A stretch of DNA of 64,000 bases from positions 4,405-68,404 of the forward strand of contig JABMOS010000019.1 in assembly GCA_013203185.1 (NCBI GenBank), in the 5' to 3' direction. Both the position numbers and the translations under genes were made by a program. Each line of letters begins with the position of its first letter. Within the stretch, counting starts at the first letter, position 1. Under the pieces are notes generated by a model. It did not search any database. It saw only the letters and a list, made by a program, of their open reading frames with translations, and was not told the origin of the DNA. The stretch is from Fidelibacterota bacterium. Its GTDB lineage: Bacteria > Fidelibacterota > UBA8477 > JABMPR01. Shown one piece after another: positions 20,201-29,500 of this stretch.

Positions 20201-20323
20201 CTTTCCAATTACGTTCTGAAGTTCGGGAGAAAGTTTCGCCATGGAGGTTCCTTCGATACTTTTTGAAAAAAGAATTCCTGGAATCAACAGAACCAATAAT
20301 GACTTGTAAATGGGATTATTCAT
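17210..20323 (-). CDS. Large secreted S8 subtilase with T9SS C-terminal sorting domain
   Basis: Triad motifs VLVIDTGIDWTHLDF (Asp), GHGTEVTGAAAG (His), GTSVAAGSVSGAVALL (Ser). C-terminal NFPNPFNPATTISYEL...VKIFDVNGREV...GLYLLSVQAGNNLQTRKLLLLK. Signal peptide. Confidence 0.85.
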   Translation of the reverse strand: MNNPIYKSLLVLLIPGILFSKSIEGTSMAKLSPELQNVIGKRSSKDIQLVDTPLSRARTVKGPSEEVLYPVTIRSTDIEAVKAAGIQTNSDYPGFSTARLTREQLLQLSEIDAVTSVFQGDILYPLNDLAVGLSGADLVQDGYLGGTAYEGTGVIVLVIDTGIDWTHLDFRDPDTPTTSRILYIWDQTLDSTGAEQTPAGRAGSDFAGLHYGVEYTKTHIENEFASSPGFVRTKDTNGHGTEVTGAAAGNGASALNGKYKGLAPKADIIVVRAGADSFENNNVIDALTYAKEIAADLEKPVVVNLSLGSQTNAHDGTSTLDAAVNTFTSNGTAAGRVAVVAAGNAGNENIHVTGVVADGSTENIYIEIPDNTAASGNQFKLELWWDSGDNATITLVSPGSTYSKTKTSGTDAGGWQAIGDNLVDMNNIITTDHSNGDRMTELLVADWNADIYAGTWTLQLTNDTTTPASTSDMIYHAWLHYDSNMGATISDGDAGDHNYTIASPGSASSAITVGAYASRWRWKVTGGYVTLGVAGVDEPDGTDDHAYFSSFGPTRTLGVQKPDIMTHGQGVITTTSKDYTPTAAFEIVADKYHVEQGTSVAAGSVSGAVALLLEHTSSLSAASVKTLLYENADTDTYTGTVPNTEWGYGKLNIFEALAAAGGSTSLNHKTLSYDVWDVDTAAYQGFGNTVKEAVKFSTGEAGAGDVTGAFFYPHKTVPSSDSISFEIWSDASGIPGTKVGSTVKLPCADIAKFTWNYVSLTAAGVSVAATTNFHLVLDNTSGGDFTLVKAVTNISNRSSKDQGPGWVAITEHDFRMRAVVSNKAAVSSPTLPLADNSLPVELSFFNASTVKGQMVLKWATESETENLGFMLERRKSGTDDWTFISDHTKDKGLQGQGSTSSRTDYIYYDKTAKPGVKYDYRLTDIPYTSAYTPTSIVLEDIEFRIAKFALHKNFPNPFNPATTISYELADDSDVQVKIFDVNGREVQSWDHNSQEAGYHEMVWAGVNQSGRPVSAGLYLLSVQAGNNLQTRKLLLLK

Positions 20324-20663
20324 AACCTATCTCCGTCCCTGAGGGATTTGCTTTTTGTGAAATTGATCAGTACATCTTTTCATTAATTTATGTCAAAGGT
20401 CGTGCCAGCAAAAAATATCACCTATAAATGCCTATTTCTACTGCTTCTATAGAATCTGGTAATTTAGGCTGAGCAGTCACATTTGTTAAGTAAATATTGC
20501 TTATTTCGGAGTTTTGTCGGATTATGGCGACAATAAATTGCTTTTCCAGATCAACTTTGAATACAGGAAAGTAGGCCAGAGCCAAAATTTCAGAATATTT
20601 CAAACGTCCACAGAAATAAAAAAGTGTTGTTCATAACCCCCTATCCGCTTCTAGTTTTAGGGC

Positions 20664-22250
20664 ATGTTTGTGAAACGCCTCATCTGCCTTCTTTTTCTTG
20701 TATCTGCACTCTTCGCTACTGAAAAGCCCTACTGGATATTTCTTGAATCAGAACCAGGTTCTCAAGAGGTAAGACTAACACCTCGGGCAGAACAACGACT
20801 TCAATTACGTGGATCAAAAAACCCCTTCGGCAAATATGCTGTCTCTGAATCTTACCTGGATCAACTTCGGACTGCAGGGTATCAAATCAGGCACACTTCC
20901 AGGTTTCTCAATGCAGTTAGTATCATCATTCACAACCCGGAGCAGTTATCTGCACTGCAAACTTTGCCTTTTGTCCTCTCCATAAAGCCTGTGGCTAGAC
21001 AGCCGCGTGACCGCAACGAGTCTTTCTCGGATGCAAGCCGTCTTGGCAGGCCCTCAACCCTTTCCTATGGTGCATCTGCTACCCAAAACGAGATGTTAAA
21101 TATCCCCGAGATCCACAACATGGGTTATGATGGGTCAGGCATAATTGTCGGCGTGTTTGATACTGGATTTCTCACGGAGCACCCTGCTTTTGACAACCTC
21201 GACGTTCTAGCCCAATATGATTTTATCGATCACGAGGTGGATGCTTCAGGTCCAGGACATGGGCATGGCATCAACGTCCTCAGTGCGCTTGGTGGCTATT
21301 TTCCTGGCGAACTCATCGGCCCGGCCTATAAAGCAACATATCTCCTCGCTCGCACGGAAGATTCTTTCAGTGAATCCCGGGCAGAAGAGGACAATTGGGT
21401 TGCGGCTCTTGAATGGGCTGACTCCCTGGGGGTTGACATCATCTCTACCTCTCTGAACTATTTTCAAGATTTTGATGACCCCAGTGAGGATTACCCTTTT
21501 TCCGCTCTGGATGGACAAACCACCATCAGCGCCATGGCAGCCAATATTGCTGCATCTCGAGGCATTCTGGTTGTAAACTCCGCAGGAAATGAAGGCTCCT
21601 CAGCCAGCAGCATCTGGCCACCTTCTGACAGCCCCCATGTGTTGTCTGTTGGATCAGTTAACACCCAACAAGACATCTCCTACTTTTCTGGACGCGGTCC
21701 CACCTATGATGGACGCATCAAACCTGATGTGGTTGCTCAGGGAAGCCTGGTCTACTTGGCTTCAGGAACCAATGGATATATCCGAGGTAACGGGACATCC
21801 TTTTCAGCGCCCCAAATCGCAGGTCTGGCAACCCTGCTGCTTCAGGCACACCCACAGCTTTCCCCTGATTCAGTGATTTCTATTTTTAAGAATCATGGGG
21901 ACAATGCCGCTGCCCCCAATAATTCATATGGCTGGGGCATTCCTGATCTATCAAGTCTTTTTCCTGAGTTGGAAGGGAGTAGCCCAAAGAATTGCGTGAT
22001 CTACCCCAATCCCAGTGGATTTGGGGAGCTTCGAATGGTACTGTCCAATCCCATATCAACCGCTCCAGAAATGGCCACGCTTTATGACATTCAGGGAAGA
22101 GAAATTGCCGCTCTTAGCATTATCCAGGAATCGGGAAGCGTTGTAAAAACAAACATCCCTTCCAGCTTGAATCTGGCGAGTCAGTTATTAATACTCTCAG
22201 TAAAAACAAACACCGCAGTTTACTCAGGTAAATTTATTCATTTGCGGTAG
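20664..22250 (+). CDS. Secreted S8 subtilase with T9SS-type C-terminal domain
   Basis: GVFDTGF (Asp), GHGHGINVLS (His), GNGTSFSAPQIAGLATLL (Ser). C-terminal VIYPNPSG...ATLYDIQGREIA...AVYSGKFIHLR. Signal peptide. Confidence 0.8.
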   Translation: MFVKRLICLLFLVSALFATEKPYWIFLESEPGSQEVRLTPRAEQRLQLRGSKNPFGKYAVSESYLDQLRTAGYQIRHTSRFLNAVSIIIHNPEQLSALQTLPFVLSIKPVARQPRDRNESFSDASRLGRPSTLSYGASATQNEMLNIPEIHNMGYDGSGIIVGVFDTGFLTEHPAFDNLDVLAQYDFIDHEVDASGPGHGHGINVLSALGGYFPGELIGPAYKATYLLARTEDSFSESRAEEDNWVAALEWADSLGVDIISTSLNYFQDFDDPSEDYPFSALDGQTTISAMAANIAASRGILVVNSAGNEGSSASSIWPPSDSPHVLSVGSVNTQQDISYFSGRGPTYDGRIKPDVVAQGSLVYLASGTNGYIRGNGTSFSAPQIAGLATLLLQAHPQLSPDSVISIFKNHGDNAAAPNNSYGWGIPDLSSLFPELEGSSPKNCVIYPNPSGFGELRMVLSNPISTAPEMATLYDIQGREIAALSIIQESGSVVKTNIPSSLNLASQLLILSVKTNTAVYSGKFIHLR

Positions 22251-22271
22251 TTTTTCTGCAATAAAACAAAA

Positions 22272-22294
22272 AGCCCCCGGTAAAACCGAGGGCT
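22272..22294. terminator. Terminator hairpin (T-run present for the minus-strand gene)
   Basis: AGCCCCCGGT-aaa-ACCGAGGGCT (one mismatch). On the minus strand it is followed by TTTTTGTTTTAT. Confidence 0.65.
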
Positions 22295-22319
22295 CTGTAT
22301 GTTCAATTGTGTTAATGGC

Positions 22320-23312
22320 TTATTTGAGATAAGCCATCCGTTTTACTTCTCTCAGGCCATTTGATTCAATAACATAGAGATAGACACCAGCGCTTAAAGT
22401 CTGAGGATTAAACTCTACATTGTGCGTACCAGCCTCAAGATATGCGTGGGCCAGATCAGCCACCTCAACGCCTCTCATATTGTAAACTTTCAACGTAGTG
22501 AGTCCTGCTTTGTCTAATGCAAACTCAATGGTAGTGCTGGGGTTAAAGGGATTTGGATAACTTTGAGTCGCAATTGAATGATGTTTGCTTAAAAGCGTCC
22601 CATCCAGCGCTAAGACATCGGCATCTGGAATTGCACCCTCTAGAATTTCCATATCAAAAACAAAAAGAAAATCAAGAATATCATTCTCAAATACTGCTCC
22701 AGAAATTTCCACAAGATCACCATTTTCGGGAAGCGTAAGCAAGGTGTCAGAATCCAAATGGAATTGCAGATGCATGAGGCGAAATTCTGCTAATCCATCA
22801 GCATCTATATCCAATAAATATGACGTCCGGAACGAATGAGAGCTGTCATTATCGCACCATTCTCCATCGTGATCATTATCACCATTATCGTCATCCTCAT
22901 TATCTTCATCGTCACCCTGATGGCCAAAACCACCACAACCCATAGAATCAATAACTGTCATTATGGTGCCTGATACGAATACACTGTCAAAACCTGTACT
23001 GTCATTATTCCACCAGCCATGATCATCATCACCATCGTAGTGGCCTCCAAATCCTGTGGAGTCATCACCACAACCCGGGCCATCGTGATCACCGCCATAG
23101 CCGGTTGAATCACATCCCGTACTATCACCAGGCCCCCAGCCATCGCCAGGTCCTCCGTGACCACCACCGTGATGACCGCCTCCACCCATTCCCTGGGCAG
23201 AAAGTATACTTGAGCTCATGATCATGATTGCGAAAGTCAACAGGATTGTGCCTAAATTTTTCTGATGCATTCTGATTCCCACTATTGTCTTTATTTTTTG
23301 TGACCTGTCCAA
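22320..23312 (-). CDS. T9SS cargo protein with Gly/His/Asp-rich low-complexity N-terminal half
   Basis: Signal peptide. GMGGGGHHGGGHGGPGDGWGPGDSTGCDSTGYGGDHDGPGCGDDSTGFGGHYDGDDDHGWWNNDSTGFD plus GDDEDNEDDDNGDNDHDGEW. C-terminal YPNPFNPSTTIEFAL...LKVYNMRGVEV...GVYLYVIESNGLREVKRMAYLK. Alternative start at 23270. Confidence 0.7.
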   Translation of the reverse strand: MDRSQKIKTIVGIRMHQKNLGTILLTFAIMIMSSSILSAQGMGGGGHHGGGHGGPGDGWGPGDSTGCDSTGYGGDHDGPGCGDDSTGFGGHYDGDDDHGWWNNDSTGFDSVFVSGTIMTVIDSMGCGGFGHQGDDEDNEDDDNGDNDHDGEWCDNDSSHSFRTSYLLDIDADGLAEFRLMHLQFHLDSDTLLTLPENGDLVEISGAVFENDILDFLFVFDMEILEGAIPDADVLALDGTLLSKHHSIATQSYPNPFNPSTTIEFALDKAGLTTLKVYNMRGVEVADLAHAYLEAGTHNVEFNPQTLSAGVYLYVIESNGLREVKRMAYLK

Positions 23313-23398
23313 TTTTTTAGAATATTTGAAATTCTACTATTACTCAAGTTAGACAATTTTAAACCCAATAGGATAAGATTTTTCACAAAAGCTTTTAC

Positions 23399-23433
23399 AT
23401 GACTGATCAGTCATTATATTGCTGACCGGTCAG
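23399..23433. promoter_or_regulatory. Two adjacent palindromic operator candidates upstream of tetR-efflux operon
   Basis: Perfect 16-bp palindrome ATGACTGATCAGTCAT (23399..23414) and perfect 12-bp palindrome CTGACCGGTCAG (23422..23433). They lie 22-56 bp upstream of the TetR start; AGGAG RBS at 23440. Confidence 0.6.
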
Positions 23434-23454
23434 TATATAGGAGATTAACTTTAG

Positions 23455-24069
23455 ATGACTTTGGACAAAAAGGAATTACGTAAAGAACAACACCGGCTGG
23501 AAATACTACAGACAGCTGAACGGATCTTTGCCCGTCAGGGATATCATACCACCACCATGGAAGCGGTGGCTGAGGAGTGCGGCTGGAGTAAGGGCACACT
23601 CTATCTCTACTTTAAAAGCAAGGAAGACTTATTTTTCTCAGTCTTATTTGAAAAGCTGGATCGATTCTCGGCTGCGCTACTGGCTGACTTAAAAGCCTCA
23701 GAAGGTGTAGAGGGAAAAATTAGAGGCCTCATTGATGCCCAATTCAGTTTTTTTACAGAAAATAAACACTTTTTTCAACTGGTCATCACCGAACAGGCGA
23801 AAGTCATGCACTCCTCAAATTCAGGTCTCAGGGAAGAGCTCATCCAGAAGCAACACTCCCATATCAATGAGATTTCCCAGGCATTGAGCGAGGGAATGAG
23901 AGATGACACATCTGTTCACGCATCAATACTCGCTGGAAGCATTGTCGGCGCAGTTAATCTTCACCTGGTATCCTGGCTCATGGCGCCCGAATCCATGGAT
24001 GTAGATTATTTAAAATCTCAAATCACCACACTATTCGTAAATGGAATATCTGCACATGAAAATATTTAG
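23455..24069 (+). CDS. TetR/AcrR family transcriptional regulator
   Basis: N-terminal HTH ILQTAERIFARQGYHTTTMEAVAEECGWSKGTLYLYFKSKEDLF; ~200 aa. First gene of the efflux operon. Confidence 0.9.
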   Translation: MTLDKKELRKEQHRLEILQTAERIFARQGYHTTTMEAVAEECGWSKGTLYLYFKSKEDLFFSVLFEKLDRFSAALLADLKASEGVEGKIRGLIDAQFSFFTENKHFFQLVITEQAKVMHSSNSGLREELIQKQHSHINEISQALSEGMRDDTSVHASILAGSIVGAVNLHLVSWLMAPESMDVDYLKSQITTLFVNGISAHENI

Positions 24070-25414
24070 ATTAATCCTGTTTCTCCCGCTCCTCCTGGGA
24101 GCACAAAACCAGAAAGCCCTCTCCATAGAAGAAAGCATTCACATGGCCCTGGAAAGAAACCCCAATATAAAAATGGCTCAGGAGAGGATAAATGATGCAA
24201 AGCAAAATGTTTATCAAGCACTTGGAACTGCCCTCCCGTCGGCAAGTTTCCAGGGTAGCCAGATCCTCGATGAAACCGTAAGACCCATTGATAACTTCTT
24301 CTATGTGCCTGGAGTGGTCCCTGACCCTGCCAACCCCATCACATTTCTCATGACAAATCCAACCTTGGATTTTGATATGACCAATGAATACCAGGTCGAC
24401 TTGCGAGTTACCCAGCCTCTCTTTACTGGTGGAAAAATTGCCCTGGGAACCCTAATGGCTCGAAACGGGTTAAACCTGATTCAATCACAATATGAAGACG
24501 AGAAAAACAATCTATCCTTTAATGTCATTCAAGCTTATTTGGGGATGTTGGTGACCCAGCAATTCCTGGATGTTGCCAATGAGGGCTATGAAACAGCAGT
24601 GGAATTTTTTGATATTTCTACCCTCTTATACGAACAAGGGATGATTTCCAAACTGGATTTGCTCCAGGCAGAAGTGCAAGCCGCTAATCTACTTCCCCAA
24701 AAAACCCAGGCCGAAAATGGGATCACCATGGCAGCTGCAGGCTTAAGAATGCTTCTTGGCCTGGAGCCTGAAACCAAAATTACGCTTACAGATTCCATGT
24801 CCTACAAGCCGGGAACCTATAGTCTGGATGATTTAAGACAGCAGGCTCTCATGAATCGTTCTGAACTCCAACAGCTGGATATCAGCAAATCGTTGAGTTC
24901 ATTGGGGGTTAAAATGGCCATGTCAGACTATTTGCCCACCGTGGCTCTGTCCTGGTCTTACTCCAAGTTTGGAGATGAGCTTGGTACCATGTCTGATTGG
25001 AATACAAGCAATATGCTGGCGGTTGGGGTGAGTTATAATCTCTTCAATGGCGGGATTCGTTTTTCCAAACTGCGTCAAGCCCGGATAGCAGAGCGACAGG
25101 TCAATTATGGCTACGATGCTCTGAAAGATGCCATTCTCCTTGAAGTGGAGCAGGTCTATTTGCGACTCATGGAAGCGGAAAAAAATATCCTGTCCCAGGA
25201 AAAGACAGTGGGGCAGGCTGTGGAAGCTGCTCGTCTGGCTAAAATTCAGTTTCGTGAAGGAACCATCACCAATCTTCAGGCAAATCAGATTCAGATCAAT
25301 CTGACGGTTGCCAAGGCAAACTACTTACAAGCATTATTCAATTACACGCTCGCCGAAGCCAGTATAAAAAAAGTTGTCGGCAAGTCTCTCCAAAATGAAG
25401 GAGCTACAAACTAA
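24056..25414 (+). CDS. TolC-family outer membrane efflux protein
   Basis: Signal peptide MKIFRLILFLPLLLGAQ. Two-repeat OEP architecture (LSIEESIHMALERNPNIKMAQERI..., second repeat LDDLRQQALMNRSELQQLD...). The ORF opens at 24041; 24056 gives a clean signal peptide. Overlaps the tetR stop. Confidence 0.85.
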   Translation: MKIFRLILFLPLLLGAQNQKALSIEESIHMALERNPNIKMAQERINDAKQNVYQALGTALPSASFQGSQILDETVRPIDNFFYVPGVVPDPANPITFLMTNPTLDFDMTNEYQVDLRVTQPLFTGGKIALGTLMARNGLNLIQSQYEDEKNNLSFNVIQAYLGMLVTQQFLDVANEGYETAVEFFDISTLLYEQGMISKLDLLQAEVQAANLLPQKTQAENGITMAAAGLRMLLGLEPETKITLTDSMSYKPGTYSLDDLRQQALMNRSELQQLDISKSLSSLGVKMAMSDYLPTVALSWSYSKFGDELGTMSDWNTSNMLAVGVSYNLFNGGIRFSKLRQARIAERQVNYGYDALKDAILLEVEQVYLRLMEAEKNILSQEKTVGQAVEAARLAKIQFREGTITNLQANQIQINLTVAKANYLQALFNYTLAEASIKKVVGKSLQNEGATN

Positions 25415-26490
25415 TGAAAACACTAAAACTGACCCTCATCCTGAGTCTCGCCTTGTCTCTAATTATTGGTTGCAGCAAAGATGAAGACGCAGATACCGCA
25501 GATGACTGGATCCGCAAGGCAGTTCCTGTTAAGGTAGCCACAGCCCAGGCACAAAACTTTGTCAGCTCTTTGTCTTATAATGGCTCTTTGCTTGCCATTC
25601 AAACCTCTCGGATCATACCAGAGATTCCTGGGAAAATTGAAGCGCTCTATGTCCAGATTGGTGATTATGTCCAGACGGGACAAACTCTGGTTCAAATGGA
25701 TATCAGTACCATGACCCTGCAGCACAAACAAGCGAAGGCTGGTCTTTCTGTAGCTCGGGCCAACCTGGCCGATGCCCAAAAAAACTGGGAGCGGGTTCAG
25801 ACCCTGCGCAGTGAAAATGCAGTTTCCCAACAACAGTTTGAAAAAATGAAACTGGGACTGGATGCTGCTCAGGCACAGATGAGCCAGGCACAAGCAGGCC
25901 TTGATCTTCTCAAAATGCAATTGGATAAAGCCACACTTACCGCCCCCTTTGCTGGCGTCATCACCCAAAGGGGTTTCAATAAAGGAGATTTGTTTAGTCC
26001 GGCCATCATGATGCCTGTTTTTACACTACAAGATGTCTCCTCCATAAAGGTCGAACTTCAGATTACTTCTCAGGAAATCATGAGCATCAAAAAAGGTCAA
26101 AATGCCACATTGAAAGTAGACTATTTGGATGAAGCTGTTCCTGGCAAAGTAACCCTGGTGGGTGTCGCCGCAGACCCCCTTTCAAAAACATTTTTTGTGG
26201 AGTGTCAATTCGACAATCGAACTGGGAATCTACGTGCTGGAACTTTTGGACAAGTGGATATATCCATTGAGGAAATAGAAAATGTCATGGTGGTTCCCCG
26301 GAACTCCGTCATTGATAAATCCCATATGTTTGTTGTTAAGGACAACATGGCCTATCAACGCGACGTTGAAGTACTGCAAACAAGTCTGGAGGAGTTGATT
26401 ATAGGAGCCGGTCTCTCTGAGGGTGAGCAATATGTTACCAGTGGAGCTTTTATTCTCACCGACAGCAGTCTTGTCCAGATTGAGGACTAA
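25414..26490 (+). CDS. RND efflux periplasmic adaptor (MFP/HlyD family)
   Basis: Lipoprotein signal (LIIGC), barrel-sandwich and coiled-coil pattern (GDYVQTGQTLVQMD ... LDKATLTAPFAGVIT). The start overlaps the TolC stop. Confidence 0.9.
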   Translation: MKTLKLTLILSLALSLIIGCSKDEDADTADDWIRKAVPVKVATAQAQNFVSSLSYNGSLLAIQTSRIIPEIPGKIEALYVQIGDYVQTGQTLVQMDISTMTLQHKQAKAGLSVARANLADAQKNWERVQTLRSENAVSQQQFEKMKLGLDAAQAQMSQAQAGLDLLKMQLDKATLTAPFAGVITQRGFNKGDLFSPAIMMPVFTLQDVSSIKVELQITSQEIMSIKKGQNATLKVDYLDEAVPGKVTLVGVAADPLSKTFFVECQFDNRTGNLRAGTFGQVDISIEEIENVMVVPRNSVIDKSHMFVVKDNMAYQRDVEVLQTSLEELIIGAGLSEGEQYVTSGAFILTDSSLVQIED

Positions 26491-26500
26491 GGAGTCTGCC

Positions 26501-29500
26501 ATGAAAATTGTTGATCTATCCGTCGATCGTAAGATCACCGTTACCATGATCACCTTGATTGTGATCCTGGGTGGCATCATTTCATTCACCAAATTGGGTC
26601 TGGATATGCTACCCGATGTTGAATTCCCCATGGTATCTGTGGTCACCGTTTACAGTGGCGCCAGCCCTGAAGATATTGAATCAATTGTTACAAAACCCAT
26701 TGAGCAGGCAATAGCTTCAGTTTCTGGAGTGAAAGGCGTCGTCTCCACCACGGTGGAAGGTATGTCCATGATTGCTGTGGAATTTGAGAGTGGGTCAAAT
26801 CTCGATTTTGCAGCCCAGGATCTCAGAGATCAGCTCGCCATGTTTGCTGACTTCCTACCTGATGACATTCAGACACCCCTAGTCATGAAATTTGATATGT
26901 CTGCCCTGCCCCTGCTGTTTTATGGTGTCACCAGTGAAGAGCGGCCCCTAAACGAGTTGGCCGAGTATATGGACGAAACTGCAGGTTATCGACTGGAACG
27001 CATTGAAGGTGTGGCCTCAGTCATCGTTCAATCACCTGAGGTAAGGGAAATTCAGGTTGAAATCGATCAGCATGCACTGGAAACCTCAGGAATAACCTTG
27101 AATCAGATCATCCAGATGATAGGGTTTGAAAATTTAAACATGCCTGCTGGTCGAATCGTTGAAGATCATAAAGATTTCCTGGTTCGAACCCGGGCTGAAT
27201 TTGCATCCCTGGCTGAAATAGAGGACCTGATTGTAGGGATCTCTCCCACAGGCAATCCTATAAAACTAAGACAAGTGGCAAAGGTTAAGGATACTGTTTC
27301 AGATTTACGCACAGAGATGCGGGTTCAGTCTAAACCAGGTGTCATGATGATTGTCACCAAACAATCTGGGGCAAACACTGTTAAAGTTGCCGATGCAGTT
27401 AAGGCTGAGCTGGCTGAACTGCAGGAAGTTTTACCCAGCGATATTGAGATGCATATCGGGATGGATATGTCCTCCAGTGTGAAGCTCACCGTAAACAGTA
27501 CTGGTCGGACCGCACTATTAGGTGGCGTTCTTGCCATGCTCATGATTTATTTTTTCCTGAGAAATATTCGACCCACACTGGCAGTTGGAATTGCCATTCC
27601 TGTTTCCATCGTCGTTACCTTTATACCGCTTAACGCCGTAGGTTATACCCTTAATCTCCTCACGCTGGGAGGGCTAGCTCTGGGTATAGGTATGCTGGTT
27701 GACAACGCAATTGTAGTTATCGAGAATGTCTTTCGACATCTGGAAGAGGGAAAAAGTCGCAAGGAGGCTGCTCGACTCGGTGCTTCAGAAGTTGGCATGG
27801 CCATCACCGCATCCACACTGACCACTCTGGCCGTATTTCTGCCCATGGCCATGGGCTCAGGTACTGCTGGTCAATTGGTTCGAGGGCTTGCGCTTTCCAT
27901 TTCCTTCTCCTTGTTGGCCTCACTCTTCGTCTCACTCACAATGGTGCCCATGATTGCTTCTGTCTTTTTTAAACCCCGTAGCAAAGTGGATTATACACTC
28001 AAGGCAGATGATTCCTGGATCGTCCGATTAAGAGCAATTTATACTGCAGCACTTACTGTGGTGCTTCAACATCGCTGGAAGACCCTGGGAGCTGCAACTC
28101 TGGCATTCATTATTTCCATGGCACTTATCCCAGTCGTCGGAACTGAATTCATGCCTGAGATGGATCAAGCCATGTTAATGATGAAGATCAAGCTGCCTGT
28201 AGGCTCAGCCCTGGAAGAAACAGACCAGGCAGTGAAGCAAGTGGAAAAAATTGCACTTTCAGAAGATGCCATACAGACCGTGATTGTATCAAATGGTGTC
28301 AATGAAGAAGATCGCGGCCAGAGTGGTGATATGGCCAATGCTGGTTCCCATGAAGGGATGATTATGATGGCTATGAAGCCAAAATCTCAGCGATCTCTTT
28401 CTACTACCATGATTGGTGAAAAAATTCGTGGTGAAATTCCAGCCATGCGTGATGTTACTATTCAGAGCATTGACTTTGGAGCAGCCATGGGTGGTGGTGG
28501 AGCTGATGTGGAAATCCAGGTTTTCGGAAAAGATTTTAAAGTCCTGGAAGAAATCAGCAAGAAGGTCGCCTCCATCATCGCCGAGGTAGAAGGTGTCACC
28601 GACATCAAATCCTCCATGGAAGAAGCAAAGCCTGAATACCATATTGCTTTAAATCGTGAAGAAATTAATCGCATGGGATTGGTCTCAGGACAAGTGGCCA
28701 ACACCATTAAAGCCTCCACCCTGGGTCAAGTAGCCACCCGCTACCGTTTTGCTGGTGACGAAACCAATGTGCGCATCAAATTCCGCGAAGATCAGCGAAA
28801 TTCCATACGCGATATTGGGCAAATCAAACTGACAACTCCCATGAAAACTCAAATCCCACTGGCCCAAGTTGCCTCAATTACCAGGGAAGAGGGACCAGTG
28901 AAGATCATTAGAGATAACCAGAGTCGCATGGTGCTGGTTACCGCCAGCATCCTGGATCGTGATCTGGGATCAGTTATGGAGGAGATCATCGAAATCCTTA
29001 AGCCCATTCAGGCAACTTTACCTGACGGGTATTTTGTGGAGTATGGTGGTCAATATGAGCAAATGATTGACACCTTCATTACTTTAGGTCAGGCTCTGGC
29101 ACTTGCCATCCTCCTCGTATTCATGGTTATGGCATCACAGTTTGAGTCATTGATTCACCCCCTGGTCATCATGGTTACCATTCCTCTGGCGTTGATAGGT
29201 GTGGTTATTGGATTTCTTATATCCGGTGTCACCATCAGTCTTACCAGTTTCATTGGATTCATTCTGCTTACAGGAATTGTGGTGAATAATGGCATTGTGT
29301 TGGTGGATTACATTAATCAATTGCGACGAAAAGGCATCGAGGCGACTGCTGCAATCATAGAAGGGGGATCCACAAGACTTCGCCCTGTCCTCATTACAGC
29401 CCTGACCACTATTTTTGGTATGCTTCCCATGGTTTTAGATTCCAGTGAAGGTGCCAAGATGCGCGCCCCCATGGCCATCACTGTAATTGGTGGATTGACG

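Noticed and set aside
20418-20603. 61-aa ORF in the 340-bp spacer between two subtilase genes
   Set aside because: It has no RBS, no recognisable motif and no signal peptide or TM helix, and it sits in an AT-rich promoter-like region. It cannot be supported as a gene from sequence alone.
22961-23185. 74-aa alternative-frame ORF within the Gly/His/Asp-rich region
   Set aside because: This is an artefact of repetitive GGN/GAY/CAY-rich DNA. The long frame with a signal peptide and T9SS CTD explains the region.
25459-25968. 169-aa antisense ORF inside the MFP gene; similar shadow ORFs at 26230..26646, 33087..33485, 37276..37701, 16219..16563, 9408..9758, 6347..7022, 28289..28719, 47544..47998 and elsewhere
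   Set aside because: All lie antisense or out of frame within strongly supported genes. They have low-complexity or Arg/Ser/Leu-rich composition and no recognisable motifs, which is typical of shadow ORFs.
26423-26500. Upstream extension of the RND permease ORF (start at 26423)
   Set aside because: It overlaps the MFP gene by 68 nt and encodes no RND-like sequence. An ATG at 26501 with AAGGAG 7 nt upstream gives the canonical N-terminus.
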